A stretch of DNA of 56,079 nt, filler included, from Catajapyx aquilonaris (lineage: Eukaryota): assembly GCA_000934665.2 (NCBI GenBank). It is 4 parts of 4 records of this genome, joined end to end, with 100 filler letters (N's around TTAATTAATTAA, not from the genome) between each part and the next. Parts side by side here need not be neighbours in the genome. Positions count along the whole stretch, not along the records: positions 42,034 to 56,079 come from JYFJ02007952.1; 3 more parts are not named here. One strand, 5' to 3'. Within the stretch, counting starts at the first letter, position 1. Every line of letters starts with the position of its first letter. Shown here one piece after another: positions 50,576-56,079 of the stretch. The translations under genes and the position numbers were made by a program. A model generated the notes under the pieces. That model did not search any database and was not told the origin of the DNA. It was given only the letters and a program-made list of their open reading frames with translations.

Positions 50576-51497
50576 GGGCGATTCCAGGACAGATCATGCA
50601 AAGGACTTCACCCCCTATTTTTTGACCTTAAAGAAATTTGGTGGGATAATTCTTTATAAGGTGTATAGTACAAATCAAATGTGTAAATATTTTTTAGTGT
50701 CATTAGGCCACACGTAATTAAATGGGCAAAAACCTGTAAAAACTTGTAAAGGCCCAGCACACGTGGACAAACTACTCTTATATCTCGTTAACTACACAGC
50801 ACACCTATATTTTTGAAGAATCAATGTGCTGTCCAGGATTGAGAGATTGAGATGATTGAATGTTCAAATTTTTGAAATCGAAATAAAGGCGTTATATTAA
50901 TTGCTCAATGTTAAAAAATGACATTACTGCTATCGCGTTAGCTCCTTAGGACTTGAAAATTATGTTGTATTGTGTATTCATTTAGCATTTTTTTACCAAT
51001 TTTTCCAGAGTGCTCGATCTCAGTAGATATTTTTTCAAGGCTGGCAGGGTCAGAATAATTATGGTCCATCTGGAGCACATCTGGAGCGAAGGTGGGCTGC
51101 AACCTTGGTCGTTGGTTCGTTACCTTGGTACCTTGGTTCGTTACCGCAAAAATGCCCTAATATAATTTTTCAACATTGAACGATTAATGTAACGCCTTTA
51201 TTTCGATTTCAAAAATTTGAACATTCAATCATTGCAATCTCTCAATCCTAGGCAGCACATACGTTCTTCAAAAATACCGGTGTGCCATATACTTAACAAG
51301 ATATAGACTCTCTATATCTGGTTAACTATACAGGTTTTTGCCAATTTAATTACGCATGACCTAATGACCCTTTTTATAAATTAATTTGATTCATACTATA
51401 TTCCGTATGGAGTATTATCCTACCAAATTTAATTAAGATCAAAAAATAGGGGGTGAGCTTTGAATTTTATTTTGCATGCTCTGTCATGGAATAGCCC
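50576..51497. mobile_element. Foldback element with 4-bp TSD (Sola2-like)
   Basis: GGGCGATTCCA...TGGAATAGCCC; CCTT on both flanks; diverged arms of ~340 bp. Confidence 0.7.
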
Positions 51498-51779
51498 CCT
51501 TACCCCATTTCAATGTTGGTCTTATTTATTTGTGCATGGAACCCCCTATGTCAGCTACTAGGAAGCAGGGTCGTAACAGGTGGGCCCACCTTTAACAAAC
51601 CCACTAAAAACCCACCTTATATAAAACCCAGGCAAAACACACTAAAAGGAGTCACTGACACGACCCGGTGCCACACTGACATCATCCAAAACTCCAAGTC
51701 GTCAACTCCCAGTCTCCCACGCTGATTCTCTGAACCAGCCCTATGACCCTCCTCGAATATGGTAGTGTAATAACTGTGT

Positions 51780-52050
51780 CACATTGTTCGCTAAGACACC
51801 ATCTTGTTCAAGGTGCAGCTCCTGTGGTAGGTAGCAGGTAGTCAGCCGCGATTGGCTGGATCTTCCTTTCCTTCCGCAGACTTACCACTAGAGTGCACCT
51901 TGAAAAATATGGCAGCGCCGCCAGTGCCAAACGCCCAACCTGGCGGAGACACAGGCGTTAAACTACGGTATCCATACAACTTGGGAGGATGTGACAGGGG
52001 GCTGCTCTGAACACTCTCCCAGTCTGGCAGTCTCCCATCCAAGATCCAAT
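51780..52050 (-). repeat. SINE-like repeat; uninterrupted paralog of 53706-53755 plus 55323-55458
   Basis: Collinear similarity; contains CTTGGATGGGAGACTGCC, similar to the 5S rRNA C box. Confidence 0.65.
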
Positions 52051-52311
52051 GTGAAAATTCGAACTGCATCAGTGGGGAATTCCCTTGCATCTTGCACAGG
52101 CATTGGTTCTCCCGAGTGGTGCATCATTTAATAGCATTCAAGATTTCAAGTGGACATTATGCAGTGATAAAACGAAACGTAAAATTGCCAGAAAAACCCC
52201 CAAAACCCCAAAAAACCAAATAAGACACGTGTGGGTTGGGTTTTTTTCAGCCATGCTAGGAAGGGAATTTCCCTGGATAAGTATGCGACAATTATTCTCC
52301 TATGAACTTAC

Positions 52312-52808
52312 CTGCAGTTGCATTGCCTCCATCATTTCCAATGCCTGTGGGCTCAAAGTTGACGCATTCAATGCAAAGTGGGAAGGCAGGGAGGAGGATA
52401 TCATGGTGGCAGTAGAAGTGGCCCTCTTCATCATTGTACACATGAACCTCCAATACAGCTGATTCAGCCTCTACATGCCCCATCAGCAAAAGGTTGTCCC
52501 CTGGTCTGATCTCATAATCATCATTCTCCTCAGAATCAGTTGACCGACCGCTACCATCTCCCTTCTGGGTAACCAATGGGTCATCTTCATTGCTGGCAAA
52601 GCAAGTCAGATTACCAAGGGCCAGCAAGTCTTCCAGCCTATTCCCAGGACTCCCGGTGCCATCATCATCATCATCAGCATCATCATAATGATCCATGTCA
52701 TACTTTGCCTCGATGTCAATATCTTCAGTGTTTGTGTTGGAATTGACACCTCTTGCCATGGAAGACTCATCATCATATTTGCCTTCATTCTCTTCCTCTT
52801 CCAAGGCT
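52312..52808 (-). CDS. PWP1: Periodic tryptophan protein 1 homolog, acidic N-terminal-region exon
   Basis: YDMDHYDD, DNLLLMGHVE, LEVHVYNDEEGHFYCHHDILLPAFPLCIE; ttgtag acceptor; G/gtaagt donor, phase 1, matching the next exon. Confidence 0.93.
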
Positions 52809-53462
52809 CTACAATAAAAGTAGCATCATAAAACAATTCAGAATATCTATGAGTGCTTGTATGAGGGTGTTAAAAAAAAGACAGAATATTTAAATAGAGC
52901 ATCAACCAACACAGATACTGATTGCACCTAGCGACATGTCTTGACAACAAACTACTGTTTGCCTCATTCCACTAGGAGCATTAATTATTGAGCTACATCC
53001 GTGTAACCCAGATATGCCTATCGTTCCCTATAGGGGACACCTGACAAGTTGTTACATTTTAATTTTTTTGTGCGAGTTCTTCTGCTGCCAAAGAGCTCGC
53101 AGTAGCCATGGGTGCTTCAGTAGAGTCACAGCTGACAATACAAGTACAAACCTACTCAATATTGCTTCATCTTTTTAAGATACAAGTGTTTGAACTGTAA
53201 CTCAGGAAAACAATGTTTCATATTTCAAATATGATTAGTAATTAATACTCATTTATTGATTACTGTTATAAGCCATTTATTGCTTGCAATACTTAGAAAA
53301 CAAAGATGATGTCAATATGGAAATATGAGCATATTTGTTATTTTCCTTGTCTGAGAGTAGTCCCNNNNNNNNTTTTTTTGACCACGGTGTTATGCTGTAT
53401 GATTCGTATTTCAGGGAGAAATGGGGAATCCCCCATCCATCTACAGCAGCGGTGACAGACCA

Positions 53463-53618
53463 CGGAAAAGTAACTTCATGAGTAACTGTAACTGTACCTG
53501 TAACTGTAACTAGTTACTTTTTGGTCAAAGTAACTTGTAACTGTAACTAGTTACTTTTTTGGACTGAATAACGGTAACTGTAACCAGTTACATTTCAAAA
53601 GTAACTTACCCAACTCTG
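53463..53618. mobile_element. hAT MITE end with GTAAC subterminal repeats
   Basis: GTAACTGTAAC arrays ending AAAAGTAACTTACCCAACTCTG. Confidence 0.65.
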
Positions 53619-53621
53619 CCA

Positions 53622-53703
53622 AAAAGTACTAAAACTAAGTACTAAACTAAAGTACTAAAACTAAGTAAAGTAATGTACTAACAACTAAGTACTAAAAGTA
53701 CTA
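53622..53703. repeat. AAGTACTAAAACT-type tandem repeat
   Basis: About 6 degenerate 13-14-bp units. Confidence 0.8.
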
Positions 53704-53755
53704 TAGTAGCGGGTAGTCTGCTTGCTCTTCCTTTCCTTCCACAGACTTACCACTA

Positions 53756-55322
53756 CTATCCGTTTATTTAATATAGAGCCCTGTGTTTGACTCTAAACAA
53801 CTTCCAGGCAAATTATTCAAAAAAATAATGGCATGTATCGTTAGAAAGCTTGTTTAAATCAAGTATATATAAAGCCCCTATCCAAGGAGGAGGATATAGG
53901 ATATAGGATGGAAAAGATTTCGCACTTCCCGGCATCGCAGAGATCTCGGACTACACCGTTGGATTTCTAGCATCGGGTAGACCGATGCCAAAAATGCTCA
54001 TAATCGCAAAATTCCCAGCCGTTTTCGAGATCGCCAAATAAAATGTAGACCCAAACCCGAGATCGCGAAATTAATGTATCCGCAAACTCCCCCGGATCCC
54101 CGAGAACAATGGTCCACCCACTCCTCTCCACCCACTGTCACTCAAACCTGCCGTGGGAATGATACGTCACAGATGGTCCCACTTTGTCATCCCAATCACT
54201 GTTTTGAATGATACGTCAGAGAGGGCATGTTCGGAAACTCCTCATCGCTACCGGTGACGTCACTGATTTCTGTAACCGGATGGATTAGGCGGAATACGGG
54301 CACCGCGCCGAAGGCGCGCAAGTGGGGCGCAGCCCCATGGGTGGGTGTGGGGGGGGGGGGGGGTCNGGGGGGCGGGGCCCCCACCGGCTCGTAAAGCGAG
54401 TCCACGTTACATATATGCGAGTTGTTTTCCTATCATCAGTCTCTTATTTTTTATCGTAAAAAGAAGGCGGAAAAGTGTAATTTTTTGACTAGTTTCAGAG
54501 GTTACACCGCAAAGTGAATTTTTTATGACACTTTCAGGAGACCAAAAGAAATCCCCCTGTGAACCCTGGATAGTGCACATCTTTGTCTATCTAATGATAT
54601 ATTTGAAACATCCAGATCGCCATTTCTGTAATCATAATTAAGCTGATTGCACGCCTCTGTTATCTCGGCTGTTTATGATCCGAATTACTTCGCGAATGTA
54701 TCGACGGCAAGCCAGAAATGTACGTGATAAGATTACACCGTACTCTATTACACTTTTTTTTTTAAGTACCGTATTTAAAAGTATCGCCGTCTATTCCCGC
54801 CAGAAAGCGGGCTGGGTCCTTTCCATTAAACTTACTAAAACAATCCTTTTAAAATTTTTAGTGTAATAGAGTACGGTGTAATCCTATCACGCACATTTCT
54901 GGCTTGCCGTCCATACATTCGCGAAGTAATTCGGATGAGAAAAGGCCGAGATAACAGAGGTGTGCAATTAACTTAATTATGATTACAGAAATGGCGATCT
55001 CGATGTTTCAAATGTATCATTAGATAGACAAAGATGTGAACTATCCAGGGTTCACAGGGGGATTTTTTTTGGTCTCCTGAAAGTGTCATAAAAATTCACT
55101 TTGCTGTGTAACCTCGGCAAATAGTCCAAAAATGACACTTTTCCGCCTTCTTTTTACTATAAAAATTGAGAGACTGACGATAGGAAAACAACTCGCATAT
55201 ATGTAACGTGAATTTTAACAAGCTTTCGAACAATACATAGCATAATCTTTTTGGATAATTTGCCTGGGAGTTGTTTTGAGTCAAACACAGGGCTGAGGGC
55301 TCTATATTAAATAAACGGATAG
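53756..55322. mobile_element. Large foldback element with TA TSD
   Basis: CTATCCGTTTATTTAATATAGAGCCC...GGGCTCTATATTAAATAAACGGATAG; arms of ~450 bp; empty-site paralog near 51889. Confidence 0.9.
53859..54400 (+). mobile_element. Non-autonomous Helitron-like insertion in the left arm
   Basis: Starts TC, ends with a GC hairpin then CGAG (canonical is CTRR), lies between A and T; removing it restores the arm with no TSD. Confidence 0.65.
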
Positions 55323-55536
55323 TAGTGTGCACCTTGAAAAAGATAGCGGATAGTGAACAATGTAGCACCGCCAGCGCCAAACGCCCAGCCTGGCTGAGAC
55401 ACAGGCGTTAAACTACCGTATCCATACAACTAGGGGGGGAAGTGACAGGGGGCTGCTCAAGACAAATGCACCCACATTTGGACAAGTCAAGTATGCCTGT
55501 GGATTTTGTTTGTTTTGTTGAACTGAATTTAATGTA

Positions 55537-56079
55537 CAGGGTGGACGGAAAGTTTCGGAAACCCCCCCCAGGTTTTTGAACCCTACTTTTCACAGCGTCT
55601 TTTCACATCTTTTAAAAGTCCACAAGCAGTTCTAATGTACACTATCTTTTGAAGCATAATCTTGAGAACATCTGAGCACCTTCGCTCTCGCAATTCCATT
55701 AATAACTTCGCCTCTGTGACTCATCTAAACATCCTATCTGTTTTGCGTTTATTTTGCTTGTTGCCTTGGAGGACCCCTGGTCATATTCTGCGTCAGATAA
55801 GGTTTTTATGACCCTTTTCCACGAGTTCCCCTTCATGCAAATGTTGTGAACTCACTCCTGACCTTATTTTTCGCATTGGTCCATAACCTGGTCCAATAAA
55901 AATTTGAAAAGGAATGCATGAAATGGCGGACCCGGACGCATTACTTTCGAATTGGTACCGTCGCATTTGTCTCCATTTTTACTTTCAAATAATTTTTTGG
56001 TGGGAAAGGACAGTAAGCAGTCCTACCTTGGTAAATTAATCAACATGACACATCCTTTCGTTCACGTCCTTTCGCACCA
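55537..56079 (-). mobile_element. Decayed Tc1/mariner-superfamily element end
   Basis: TA-CAGGGTGGACGGAAAG terminus; minus-strand remnant VMRPGPPFH..WTNAKNKV resembles the LPPYH..W..AK transposase motif. Confidence 0.45.

Overview
This is repeat-rich eukaryotic DNA, probably from an arthropod or similar invertebrate. It is four ~14-kb pieces (1-13911, 14012-27906, 28007-41933, 42034-56079) joined by artificial 100-bp N44-TTAATTAATTAA-N44 linkers, so adjacency across the linkers is not biological evidence. Recognisable genes, all on the minus strand: five frame-consistent exons of a CEP170-like gene (33033-41242), two exons of PWP1 (47114-52808), and a candidate unknown gene ending in a CaaX motif (7151-7859). 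The rest is dominated by mobile DNA: many long-armed foldback elements and MITEs (Tc1/mariner, pogo/Tigger, PIF/Harbinger-like, hAT, P-like, piggyBac-like, Sola-like), decayed mariner and DD41D-type transposases, Helitron/Helentron-like pieces, several tRNA-derived SINEs, and an RTE 5' end with HDV-ribozyme-like topology. No CRISPR array, intact transposase, rRNA gene or bona fide tRNA gene was seen. I found no clearly new biological system. The best leads are the SINE tail swapping, transposase-derived foldback elements, a de novo double palindrome with its ancestral state preserved 1 kb away, the candidate ribozyme and the CaaX gene. All family assignments come from recalled motifs, not database searches.
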